Sequence record: MT446390.1
Source of the DNA: Escherichia phage TH12
Direction: 5' to 3' (one strand)
DNA: 64,000 bases
Part shown: piece by piece, positions 56,482 through 64,000 of the stretch
Layout: every line of letters begins with the position of its first letter
How positions within the stretch are numbered: position 1 is the stretch's first letter
Position numbers and translations under genes: made by a program
Notes under the pieces: model-generated
The model's database searches: none
Seen by the model: only the letters and a program-made list of their open reading frames with translations
Told to the model about the DNA's origin: nothing

Positions 56482-57132
56482 ATGATTTATTATATGCACA
56501 AAAATGCACCATTTAAATATGGTAAATTTCCTAATGCACAATGTTATAATATAACGCCGAATGAAAATAATAACGGATACCATATTGGTGTAATTTTTGT
56601 AATTGTTAAAGATAATGAAATCGTTGCCTGGGCAGATTTTAAAGGTACAACATATGATGTTAATCCTGTGCCTTTCACATATTACAATATAATGGATTTG
56701 GCATATGATTATAATTGGTTTACTCATGATACTCTGGCACATGTTGAAGGCGTAGGATTTGATATCTCTTATTCTAGTTATTCATTATGTCCTATGAGCC
56801 GAGCTCACGGTAAAGATGTATCATATCTTTCAATTCGGAAACGTGTAAACTTCAAACGTAGTACAGAGTATGTTGGTGGACTCTTTGTTAAAGATAATAA
56901 AATAACTCGTATTAGTTATCCTTTAAGTGTAGGTCAAAAAGATGTTGATGTTGATTTAGACTTAACTGAAAGTAACATTAATCGTATTGCTTCTGTATAT
57001 TTTGATATCGATGAAAAAATTGTAGTGTGTGGATACGAATTACCACCTGAAGAAAAGGTTGAAGCAATTGAAGTCGAATTAGAAATTTCTGTTGATGACC
57101 AAATATTTAATGCATTTATGAATCGAGGTTAA
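56482..57132 (+). CDS. hypothetical protein (216 aa)
   Basis: ATG 2 nt after upstream stop. Confidence 0.5.
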   Translation: MIYYMHKNAPFKYGKFPNAQCYNITPNENNNGYHIGVIFVIVKDNEIVAWADFKGTTYDVNPVPFTYYNIMDLAYDYNWFTHDTLAHVEGVGFDISYSSYSLCPMSRAHGKDVSYLSIRKRVNFKRSTEYVGGLFVKDNKITRISYPLSVGQKDVDVDLDLTESNINRIASVYFDIDEKIVVCGYELPPEEKVEAIEVELEISVDDQIFNAFMNRG

Positions 57133-57133
57133 A

Positions 57134-57331
57134 ATGACTACTGCAATTTGCACTGGTTCTAAAATTAGTGTTTTTACAAGTTTTGAAGATTATGAAGTTG
57201 TTTCAAAACACCAATACAATATTAGCGTAAAAGCTAATGATGGTGTAATTTGGAATATTCCACACTATGAAGACACTACATATGAAGTCACAGATGCGAA
57301 CGGTGATAAAGCGATCTTTGTGATTGATTAA
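57134..57331 (+). CDS. hypothetical protein (65 aa)
   Basis: ORF. Confidence 0.45.
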   Translation: MTTAICTGSKISVFTSFEDYEVVSKHQYNISVKANDGVIWNIPHYEDTTYEVTDANGDKAIFVID

Positions 57332-57350
57332 ATATACTCAGGAGGTACCT

Positions 57351-57818
57351 ATGGGTATTATTAACACTGCAATAGATTCTGTTTACGCATATAAGTTTAT
57401 TCGACTAATGCAAAAACCTTTTACCGAATGGAAAGCGTACGAAGCCAAAATAATCGACGAACGTGGAAGTGTTCTTAAACGTCCTTCTACTCCCGAAGAG
57501 AAAGCGGCTTATACACCTTTTCATGCTTCAGTTCGTTCAATGAAGCGAATGATGAGTACTGTTCCAGGTCTTAATGGAATGGCCTCAATGATGTCTGCCT
57601 GGAGTGCTGTAGCTTCACGCTATAACATTACAGAAGAACAGCAGAAAGAAATATTTAAAGAACTCCCTTTATTTGAGGATATGGTGGCTGGTGATTCAGG
57701 TGGCAGTCCTCAAGCTATTGCATCAGGAACTACTACAGGTGCAATTGTAAATAAAGGTCCAGAACAAATTCCTTCCAAGAAAAGAAAGCGAATTAAAGTA
57801 AATATTAATAAGTTGTGA
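57351..57818 (+). CDS. hypothetical protein (155 aa)
   Basis: ATG after AGGAGG. Confidence 0.5.
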   Translation: MGIINTAIDSVYAYKFIRLMQKPFTEWKAYEAKIIDERGSVLKRPSTPEEKAAYTPFHASVRSMKRMMSTVPGLNGMASMMSAWSAVASRYNITEEQQKEIFKELPLFEDMVAGDSGGSPQAIASGTTTGAIVNKGPEQIPSKKRKRIKVNINKL

Positions 57819-57857
57819 TAAGATGGCCTTATTAATTTAAGGCCTCTGGAGAATACT

Positions 57858-58880
57858 ATGGCTGAATGGATAGATAATGAATTTGCTTATCGTGCGTTTT
57901 CTCACCTCCCTCGTTTTAGACAAATCAATAATTCAAGCACATTTAAATTAACATTTCGTTGTCCAGTTTGTGGCGACTCTCAGACAGATGCAATGAAAGC
58001 CCGCGGATGGTATTATGGCGGTACTCCAGGTAATGTGCATTGCTATAACTGTCAATATCATAATACAATTTCTGGATACTTAAAAGAGTACGATGAAGAG
58101 CTTTATCGCGAGTATCTAATGGAAGTTCGTAAAGAAAAAGCTAGAATGGAACCAAAGATTGAAAAGGTTCCTGAAGCTAAGCCGGAGCCAGAGAAAAAGA
58201 CTATAAATTCTTTGCCGTCTTGTTCTCGTCTGGACAAGTTGCCTGAAGAGCATCCTATTGTGAAATATGTTAAGTCTCGGTGTATTCCTAAAGAATCATG
58301 GAACAGATTATGGTTCACATTAGAATGGCCCAAATTGGTCAACAAGATTCAACCTGGTACGTATAAGAAAGAGATTCCTGAACCGCGTTTAGTGATTCCT
58401 ATTTTTAATAAAGATGGGAAGGCCGAGTCATTCCAAGGACGTGCACTTCGTAAAGATGCTCCTCAGAAATATATCACTATTAAAGCGTTTGAGTCTGCAA
58501 CAAAAATTTATGGTGTTGAACGTGTTAAGGAAGGAGACGTCTGGGTAATGGAAGGTCCTATTGATAGTTTATTCATACCCAATGCAATCGCTATTACAGG
58601 CGGCTCAATAGATTTAGATGTGGTACCATTTAAAGAACGTCGGGTATGGGTAATGGATAATGAACCTAGGCATCCAGATACTATAGCTCGTATGAAGCGA
58701 TTAGTTGATGCAGGCGAACGTGTCATGTTCTGGGACCGAGCTCCATGGAGATCAAAGGATGTGAATGATATGGTAATGAAAGAAAATGCAACACCACAAG
58801 AAATTTTAGAATATATGAAACAGAATATTTCAAGTGGGTTGCATGCTAAAATGAGATTATCTCGTTATTCGAAGATTTAA
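57858..58880 (+). CDS. 61: DNA primase gp61
   Basis: WIDNEFAYRAFSHLPRF ... zinc ribbon CPVCGDS / CYNC; matches T4 gp61. Confidence 0.95.
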   Translation: MAEWIDNEFAYRAFSHLPRFRQINNSSTFKLTFRCPVCGDSQTDAMKARGWYYGGTPGNVHCYNCQYHNTISGYLKEYDEELYREYLMEVRKEKARMEPKIEKVPEAKPEPEKKTINSLPSCSRLDKLPEEHPIVKYVKSRCIPKESWNRLWFTLEWPKLVNKIQPGTYKKEIPEPRLVIPIFNKDGKAESFQGRALRKDAPQKYITIKAFESATKIYGVERVKEGDVWVMEGPIDSLFIPNAIAITGGSIDLDVVPFKERRVWVMDNEPRHPDTIARMKRLVDAGERVMFWDRAPWRSKDVNDMVMKENATPQEILEYMKQNISSGLHAKMRLSRYSKI

Positions 58881-59074
58881 ACAAGCCCTATAATAGCAAA
58901 GGCCAAATCAACTACAGTATCCAATGGAACAGAAGGAACTATAATACCATTAGCAACTAACAATGGTGCAATCCCGAAGTTCCATGAAATAATGCCACCT
59001 ACAACTATTGCAGCGATAGCAGTTTTCTTTTTATTGCCTTTAATAGCGTTGATTAACGATGGAAGTTTAAACAT
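58877..59074 (-). CDS. small hydrophobic membrane protein (65 aa) on the opposite strand
   Basis: AAGGAG 5 nt upstream of ATG on minus strand; sits in an otherwise empty gap. Confidence 0.5.
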   Translation of the reverse strand: MFKLPSLINAIKGNKKKTAIAAIVVGGIISWNFGIAPLLVANGIIVPSVPLDTVVDLAFAIIGLV

Positions 59075-59163
59075 AATATCTCCTTAGTTACCTATTATTT
59101 ATTACGCTTTATAAAATTAATGTTAGAATTAAACTCTCTTACACTGAATTGAAAGGAAAAATA

Positions 59164-59685
59164 ATGGCGCACTTTAACGAATGTTCACAACTTATTTCTG
59201 GTGTTGATAAAGCAGAAGAAGCTTATTTTAATGCTCTGATTCACGAAGATAAAGACCCACTGCAGGTAATGCTTGATATGCAGAAATCTTTACAGGTTCG
59301 TTTGGCAAATGACAAGCCTGAACATAACAAACATCCTGATGAATTGGCTACTGCCGGTGATGTTGTTGATTGGCTGCGTAATCAGAAAGATTATATTGAT
59401 GATGAATTCCGTGAACTGTTGACTTCACTTGGCGGTATGAGCAATGGTGAAAAAGCCGCCAGCAGTGTATGGAAGCCGTGGAAAGCACAACATGCCGAAT
59501 ATCGTAATCGTCGTATCGATGAACTGTCTCCTGAAGACCAGCTTGAAATTAAATTCGAGATGATTGATATCCTCCACTTTGTTCTGAACATGTTCCAAGG
59601 CCTTGGACTTACTGCAGAAGAAATCTTTAAACTTTACTACTTGAAAAACCAACACAACTTTGAACGCCAGGATAATGGTTACTAA
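59164..59685 (+). CDS. 56: dCTP pyrophosphatase gp56-like
   Basis: MAHFNECSQLISGVD... recalled as T4 gp56-like; position. Confidence 0.6.
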   Translation: MAHFNECSQLISGVDKAEEAYFNALIHEDKDPLQVMLDMQKSLQVRLANDKPEHNKHPDELATAGDVVDWLRNQKDYIDDEFRELLTSLGGMSNGEKAASSVWKPWKAQHAEYRNRRIDELSPEDQLEIKFEMIDILHFVLNMFQGLGLTAEEIFKLYYLKNQHNFERQDNGY

Positions 59686-59690
59686 TTAAG

Positions 59691-59698
59691 TTATAAAT
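59691..59698 (+). promoter_or_regulatory. late promoter TATAAATA
   Basis: Exact motif about 33 nt upstream of soc. Confidence 0.55.
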
Positions 59699-59730
59699 AC
59701 ACCTGTAATTAAACAACAAAGGAGTTAATT

Positions 59731-59967
59731 ATGGGTGGTTACGTTAATATCAAAACCTTTACACATCCGGCTGGCGAAGGCAAAGAAGTTAAAGGTATGG
59801 AAGTTTCTGTACCGTTTGAGATTTATTCAAACGAACATCGAATTGCAGATTCCCATTACCAAATCTTTCCATCAGAAAAGGCAGCTTATTCTGATGTCGT
59901 TTCTGATGCAGCAACTTGGAAAACTAAGAACGCTGCAATGTTTACCCCTACACCAGTAAGTGGTTAA
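59731..59967 (+). CDS. soc: small outer capsid protein Soc
   Basis: MGGYVNIKTFTHPAGEGKEVKG ... matches recalled RB69 Soc. Confidence 0.9.
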   Translation: MGGYVNIKTFTHPAGEGKEVKGMEVSVPFEIYSNEHRIADSHYQIFPSEKAAYSDVVSDAATWKTKNAAMFTPTPVSG

Positions 59968-59976
59968 ATAATTTAA

Positions 59977-60001
59977 GGAATCCTTCGGGATTCCTTTTTT
60001 C
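59977..60001 (+). terminator. UUCG-tetraloop terminator
   Basis: GGAATCC-TTCG-GGATTCC + TTTTTT. Confidence 0.65.
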
Positions 60002-60010
60002 GTTTCTAGA

Positions 60011-60040
60011 GTTTACAACCACTAAAAACTGTGTTAAGAT
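60011..60040 (+). promoter_or_regulatory. early promoter (GTTTAC, 18 nt, TAAGAT)
   Basis: Motif. Confidence 0.45.
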
Positions 60041-60068
60041 ATTCTTACTTACTCAAGAGGAGAACAAT

Positions 60069-60296
60069 ATGTTAAATCGTTGGATTAAACCTAATAACAC
60101 ATTAGGTGCTTTGATTGCTCAAGAAGTTTCGTTGAAATACGGTCTTGGATATTACGATGATGTAGTCGTACACTCATTCATGATGGATGGTGAAGACGTC
60201 AAATTTAATGCCGAAATCCGTTGGGATGATGGTGGTGTTCGTTTTGTTCGAGGAACAATTAATGCTTACGATGCTGAAGAAGTTTTTTGCTGTTAA
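60069..60296 (+). CDS. hypothetical protein (75 aa)
   Basis: AGAGGAGAA RBS. Confidence 0.5.
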   Translation: MLNRWIKPNNTLGALIAQEVSLKYGLGYYDDVVVHSFMMDGEDVKFNAEIRWDDGGVRFVRGTINAYDAEEVFCC

Positions 60297-60309
60297 ACCA
60301 GGCGAAGGT

Positions 60310-60498
60310 ATGATGCCTATTCCTGATACACACGAAAAAAGTTGGGAATACATTGGTGACGGCATGATGGAAGAAGTTGTTCGTCCTAAGTCTGCTTTAA
60401 ACTCTTCAAGTTATAATCATTCATACGTATCGTCTTGGCCTGGTGATTCCGGGTCAAGTTATTCTGATTGTGGTTCAAGCTCAGGGAGCTGCGAATGA
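60310..60498 (+). CDS. Ser/Gly-rich small protein (about 62 aa); start uncertain
   Basis: ORF. Confidence 0.35.
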   Translation: MMPIPDTHEKSWEYIGDGMMEEVVRPKSALNSSSYNHSYVSSWPGDSGSSYSDCGSSSGSCE

Positions 60499-60674
60499 AC
60501 AAGATAGTTAAATGGTTTAAAAGCTGGGACGATGGTGTCGGTCCAGAAGATTGGCTGGATGTTCTTGAAGAGAATATGGCTAAAGAATTCCAGAAACATG
60601 AAGAAAAGCTCGTCGAAGATGAAGGCGAACGTATTGTAAAACTTTATATGGGTGAACCATCGAGGAAATTATAA
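60495..60674 (+). CDS. hypothetical protein (59 aa)
   Basis: ATGA overlap. Confidence 0.4.
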   Translation: MNKIVKWFKSWDDGVGPEDWLDVLEENMAKEFQKHEEKLVEDEGERIVKLYMGEPSRKL

Positions 60675-61138
60675 TGGATGCTATGCTATTTAAAATGTAT
60701 TTGCTTGAAGCCAAGTCATTTAAACATATACCGGTGGAAGATAAGACTCCACTAGAAATAGCTATTCTCATTAACAAAAGTCTAAATAATCCGCAATATA
60801 TCGTAGAAGAATTCTGTAAATTGCAGATTCCTAAAGGTTACAAAATTCGTGTAGAGCGAGTTGGAGCTATTACTCGTTCTAAAAATTCTCCGTTTAGTCT
60901 TGAAGAAGGCATAAAGGACTTAGGTTATGAATCTACGGAAAATGCAGTTTATGTGAATCCTGAAAAGCGTTTAGACTTGTTTGAAAAGCGAGACCATAAG
61001 TATTTTGCCAAAAAATACTTTATTACATCATTAGCAGATTTAGTCCATTTGCAACGAGCTATTTGGAAATTTTTTAAGACAAAAGGTGTAGCACTAGAAA
61101 CATTCTCTGAACCAGCTAGTTTTTATCTAGGTGAATAA
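60674..61138 (+). CDS. hypothetical protein (154 aa); position of T4 mrh
   Basis: Position only. Confidence 0.45.
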   Translation: MDAMLFKMYLLEAKSFKHIPVEDKTPLEIAILINKSLNNPQYIVEEFCKLQIPKGYKIRVERVGAITRSKNSPFSLEEGIKDLGYESTENAVYVNPEKRLDLFEKRDHKYFAKKYFITSLADLVHLQRAIWKFFKTKGVALETFSEPASFYLGE

Positions 61139-61139
61139 T

Positions 61140-61319
61140 ATGGACCTTATGAGTATGTTTGACGAGCCTGAAGTTGAGGCTCCTAAAGTGCATCGTAGTG
61201 AACTTGTTGATGAACTAGATAGTATTATACAACGACACGGCTTTAGTTTACCTGTTGAAGCCCTGAAAGACCTTGCATCTTATTATGACGACCCTCCACC
61301 ATGGAGTCCTTGGAAATGA
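61140..61319 (+). CDS. hypothetical acidic protein (59 aa)
   Basis: ORF. Confidence 0.4.
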   Translation: MDLMSMFDEPEVEAPKVHRSELVDELDSIIQRHGFSLPVEALKDLASYYDDPPPWSPWK

Positions 61320-61480
61320 AAGAGAAATTTAAAGAGAAATTCTTACTAGAAATCAAGGAAAAAGACTTTGAGACATGGTACCGAATGGTGAAAGGGTTGA
61401 CATTGCTTTTTAAAGCATCCTTATTCATGTTAGAACAACCCGGTCCTGATGGTCCTTTAGTAGGAAAGCTTAAAAAGTAG
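61316..61480 (+). CDS. small hypothetical protein (54 aa), absent from track
   Basis: ATGA overlap with upstream stop. Confidence 0.35.
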   Translation: MKEKFKEKFLLEIKEKDFETWYRMVKGLTLLFKASLFMLEQPGPDGPLVGKLKK

Positions 61481-61509
61481 TTTACATTCCCTCCTCTCGT
61501 GTTATGATA
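61480..61509 (+). promoter_or_regulatory. early promoter (GTTTAC, 18 nt, TATGAT)
   Basis: Motif. Confidence 0.45.
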
Positions 61510-61535
61510 GGCTTATCTTTAAATGGAGGTCTATC

Positions 61536-62117
61536 ATGACATGTCAATCTGAACTTCAAGAACGCGAATACCTAACAAATCTGATTGATAGCAAATTCAC
61601 CCGCCAAGAACAAAACATTCTCTGGGCTTGCACTGATTCTAAGGAAGACCCAGATTTCCACTATGAATTAGACCATCTTGTCCGTAAGCATATGACTTCT
61701 ACAGTACCAGTAGAACTCTACCGTGGTGTAACTCCAGAAGAAGTAGAACGTCTTTCCCTTCTTTCTGTTGGATGCCATTGGTCTCCTGGACGCGCGACAT
61801 CATTCACAACTGATTTCAGTACAGCTCGTCAATTCTCTGGGAGATGGGAATATCAAACGTACACTATTCTTAGTCTTCGAAATGCTCCATTCATTTTTGA
61901 TTACTACCAAAACATGGTTAACATTATACTCGCTGGAAAGAATCCTAAGCATGTTATGGAAGAAACGCGTGTTGACGTCCTAGATATGATTGAATCTGAA
62001 CAAGAATACATGGTCTCAGGTATCTCTAGATTTGAGATTGTGGAAATTGAAGACTTAGAATATGACCCTTTATCTCGGTTATACAAAATCATTCATTTGA
62101 AAATGTTGAATTTTTAG
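61536..62117 (+). CDS. modB: ADP-ribosyltransferase (ModB-like by position)
   Basis: R-S-E type ART motifs (YRG ... TTDFSTA); tandem paralog of next gene. Confidence 0.55.
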   Translation: MTCQSELQEREYLTNLIDSKFTRQEQNILWACTDSKEDPDFHYELDHLVRKHMTSTVPVELYRGVTPEEVERLSLLSVGCHWSPGRATSFTTDFSTARQFSGRWEYQTYTILSLRNAPFIFDYYQNMVNIILAGKNPKHVMEETRVDVLDMIESEQEYMVSGISRFEIVEIEDLEYDPLSRLYKIIHLKMLNF

Positions 62118-62146
62118 TGTACAAACTCTTCCGATGATGATATTAT
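62118..62146 (+). promoter_or_regulatory. early promoter (GTGTAC, 17 nt, TATTAT)
   Basis: Motif. Confidence 0.45.
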
Positions 62147-62174
62147 ACTTTTATCAACCACAGGAGAAACCTAA

Positions 62175-62783
62175 ATGTTTATGCCGTATAACGAGTGTGA
62201 AATTGAAGAAATGGTTCGTCGTGCTCAAAACCCCGAATATCAAGATGTATTGCAGTACGAAATTGATAGTCAATTCAGCGACATTGAACAAAGTGTACTG
62301 TGGCAGTGTATGGAAAACAAGCCAGATAGCATCCAACAGGAGTTAAGTTCAATCGTTCGTAGAAATTGGACGTCTTCTGTTCCTGAGACAATGTATCGTG
62401 GAATCTCTAAGAAAACTATGGCCACACTTGATGATAAAGGCATTGGTAGTATTATTAAATTTGACAGAGTAATGAGCTTCAGCCCAGTGTTCGGTGTAGC
62501 ACGTAACTTTGCTTCGTATAATTTTTACGGAACATTTAATATGTTCTGCATCAAAGATGCACCATTTGCTTTCAACTTCCGTGAACATATGCTTAATATG
62601 ATTCTGGCTGCGCCATCTTGCGAGTTCAATGGAGCTTTCCCTGAAGCAACAAGACGGTCTAATGCTAGACTTATATCTGACGAATGCGAATTTATGCTCC
62701 CTATAGGGACTACACTGCGTGTAGATTCTATTATTCAAGATGGACGTTATACAATCTGGAATCTGTCTATTGTCAGTTACTGA
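62175..62783 (+). CDS. modA: ADP-ribosyltransferase (ModA-like by position)
   Basis: YRG ... SFSPVFGVARNF; paralog of 61536. Confidence 0.55.
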   Translation: MFMPYNECEIEEMVRRAQNPEYQDVLQYEIDSQFSDIEQSVLWQCMENKPDSIQQELSSIVRRNWTSSVPETMYRGISKKTMATLDDKGIGSIIKFDRVMSFSPVFGVARNFASYNFYGTFNMFCIKDAPFAFNFREHMLNMILAAPSCEFNGAFPEATRRSNARLISDECEFMLPIGTTLRVDSIIQDGRYTIWNLSIVSY

Positions 62784-62858
62784 CTGAATTAGAATAACCG
62801 GATGGAACTCAGAACCATTATAACACATAAAAAATTAAAGCATTTTATGAAAAAAAGA

Positions 62859-62887
62859 GTGTACACTACCTGAGGGCATGATATTAT
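62859..62887 (+). promoter_or_regulatory. early promoter (GTGTAC, 17 nt, TATTAT)
   Basis: Motif. Confidence 0.45.
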
Positions 62888-62937
62888 AGACTTATCAGCT
62901 AAATGACCTTAACGTCCGTAAGACAGAGGAAAATATT

Positions 62938-63684
62938 ATGTTATCAAATAATAAAATTAACAAAATCAATCGTCGTCTTGACCACACCAGAGCTTCTGCG
63001 AAGAGACGCTCTAAGGATTTTAACTTAGACTTTAATTACCTTAAAAACATTCTTGATCAAAAGGTCTGCGCTTACTCAGGTGAATCTTTCAATAACTCTG
63101 TTGAAGGTGAGAAATTATCCTTAGAACGTTTTAATAACGATATCGGCTACATTAAAGGTAATGTTATCCCAGTTAAGAAAAAATATAACACGGCTCGTTC
63201 TGATTTAACATTAGAAGAACTTATTGAGAAACGTGATGCCATTGCAAGACGTATCGCTAATCCTTCTGCCCGTAAAGTAGAGAAACTTAATCTCGACGAG
63301 AAGAAATGGGCCCAAATCAAAAAGGTTTATGGTACTATTTTAAAAATCCGAGCAAAACGTGAAAATCGTGTTAAGCATATGGCGAACATGTTGAAAAATC
63401 AACCTTTATCTAACGAATCTAAACTTAGAATTGTTGCTTTGAAAGCACGCATTAATGGCTCACATCAAGCAGAAGGCCATGAACTTACTAAACTCAACGT
63501 TCTTCTTAAAGGCTCTGACTGGAAAACTAAAACTAAATTAACCGATGCTGAATCGCTTTTCGATACATATGATAAAGTTATCCAAGGTCTGCAACGTTTT
63601 GAAAAGATTGGTTTCATTGGTAAATTAAAATTGAAACGTGGCTTACCACTTAGCGCATCATTATTCCAACTGATTAAAGGTTAA
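62938..63684 (+). CDS. hypothetical basic protein (248 aa); position of T4 srd
   Basis: Position only. Confidence 0.45.
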   Translation: MLSNNKINKINRRLDHTRASAKRRSKDFNLDFNYLKNILDQKVCAYSGESFNNSVEGEKLSLERFNNDIGYIKGNVIPVKKKYNTARSDLTLEELIEKRDAIARRIANPSARKVEKLNLDEKKWAQIKKVYGTILKIRAKRENRVKHMANMLKNQPLSNESKLRIVALKARINGSHQAEGHELTKLNVLLKGSDWKTKTKLTDAESLFDTYDKVIQGLQRFEKIGFIGKLKLKRGLPLSASLFQLIKG

Positions 63685-63686
63685 TT

Positions 63687-63998
63687 ATGGTTTATGTATA
63701 TGCAATAGTTTATCGAGATATGGAAGGATTTACTGTCCCGGTTCCACTTGATGAGCATCGTCCTGCAGTATTTTTTAGAAAGGATATTGCAGATAAAGTT
63801 TTCGATACTTTGAAAACACAGTATAAAACAGATTTAAAAATGGGAGTTCTAAGAATGGTCGAAACTCCGCGTAAGTTCTGGTTTAATAAGCTTGAAATGA
63901 AACACGTTAAACTAGATGCGGAGACGCAAAGATTGTATCAACGAATCCTGGACACAGGCCGTATTGTTAGTATTCCAATTGCAGGGACTTTACGATGA
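63687..63998 (+). CDS. hypothetical protein (103 aa); next gene starts at ATG 63995 and runs off the window
   Basis: ORF; ATGA overlap at 63995. Confidence 0.5.
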   Translation: MVYVYAIVYRDMEGFTVPVPLDEHRPAVFFRKDIADKVFDTLKTQYKTDLKMGVLRMVETPRKFWFNKLEMKHVKLDAETQRLYQRILDTGRIVSIPIAGTLR

Positions 63999-64000
63999 TA

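Overview
This window reads as a 64-kb segment of a T4-like (Tevenvirinae) myovirus genome, probably RB69 or a close relative, since the DNA polymerase and Soc proteins match my recollection of the RB69 sequences. It is the early/replication region in reverse orientation to the standard T4 map. About 130 CDS lie almost exclusively on the + strand, tightly packed with many stop/start overlaps. Recognisable genes in order: two tRNAs (CAT, TCT), nudE, e (lysozyme), denV, internal-protein genes, a GrcA-like glycyl-radical cofactor, regB, tk, nrdC, 49, nrdD, nrdG, nrdH-like, 55, 47, 46, 45, 44, 62, regA, 43, a dCMP-hydroxymethylase-family gene (42 position), uvsX, 40, 41, spackle-like, 61, 56, soc and two ModA/ModB-like ADP-ribosyltransferases. 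Regulation is phage-typical: repeated GTTTAC/-10 early promoters often wrapped in stem-loops, three TATAAATA late promoters, and UUCG-tetraloop terminators. The most interesting feature is a sugar-nucleotide biosynthesis and putative DNA-modification module (44.5-51.1 kb) between gene 43 and uvsX, where T4 has imm and beta-glucosyltransferase; no alpha-gt is present between 55 and 47. This points to a non-glucose hydroxymethylcytosine glycosylation, most plausibly the arabinosylation reported for RB69-type phages, for which the enzymology is to my knowledge unresolved. All assignments come from reading the translations and DNA by eye; no searches were run.
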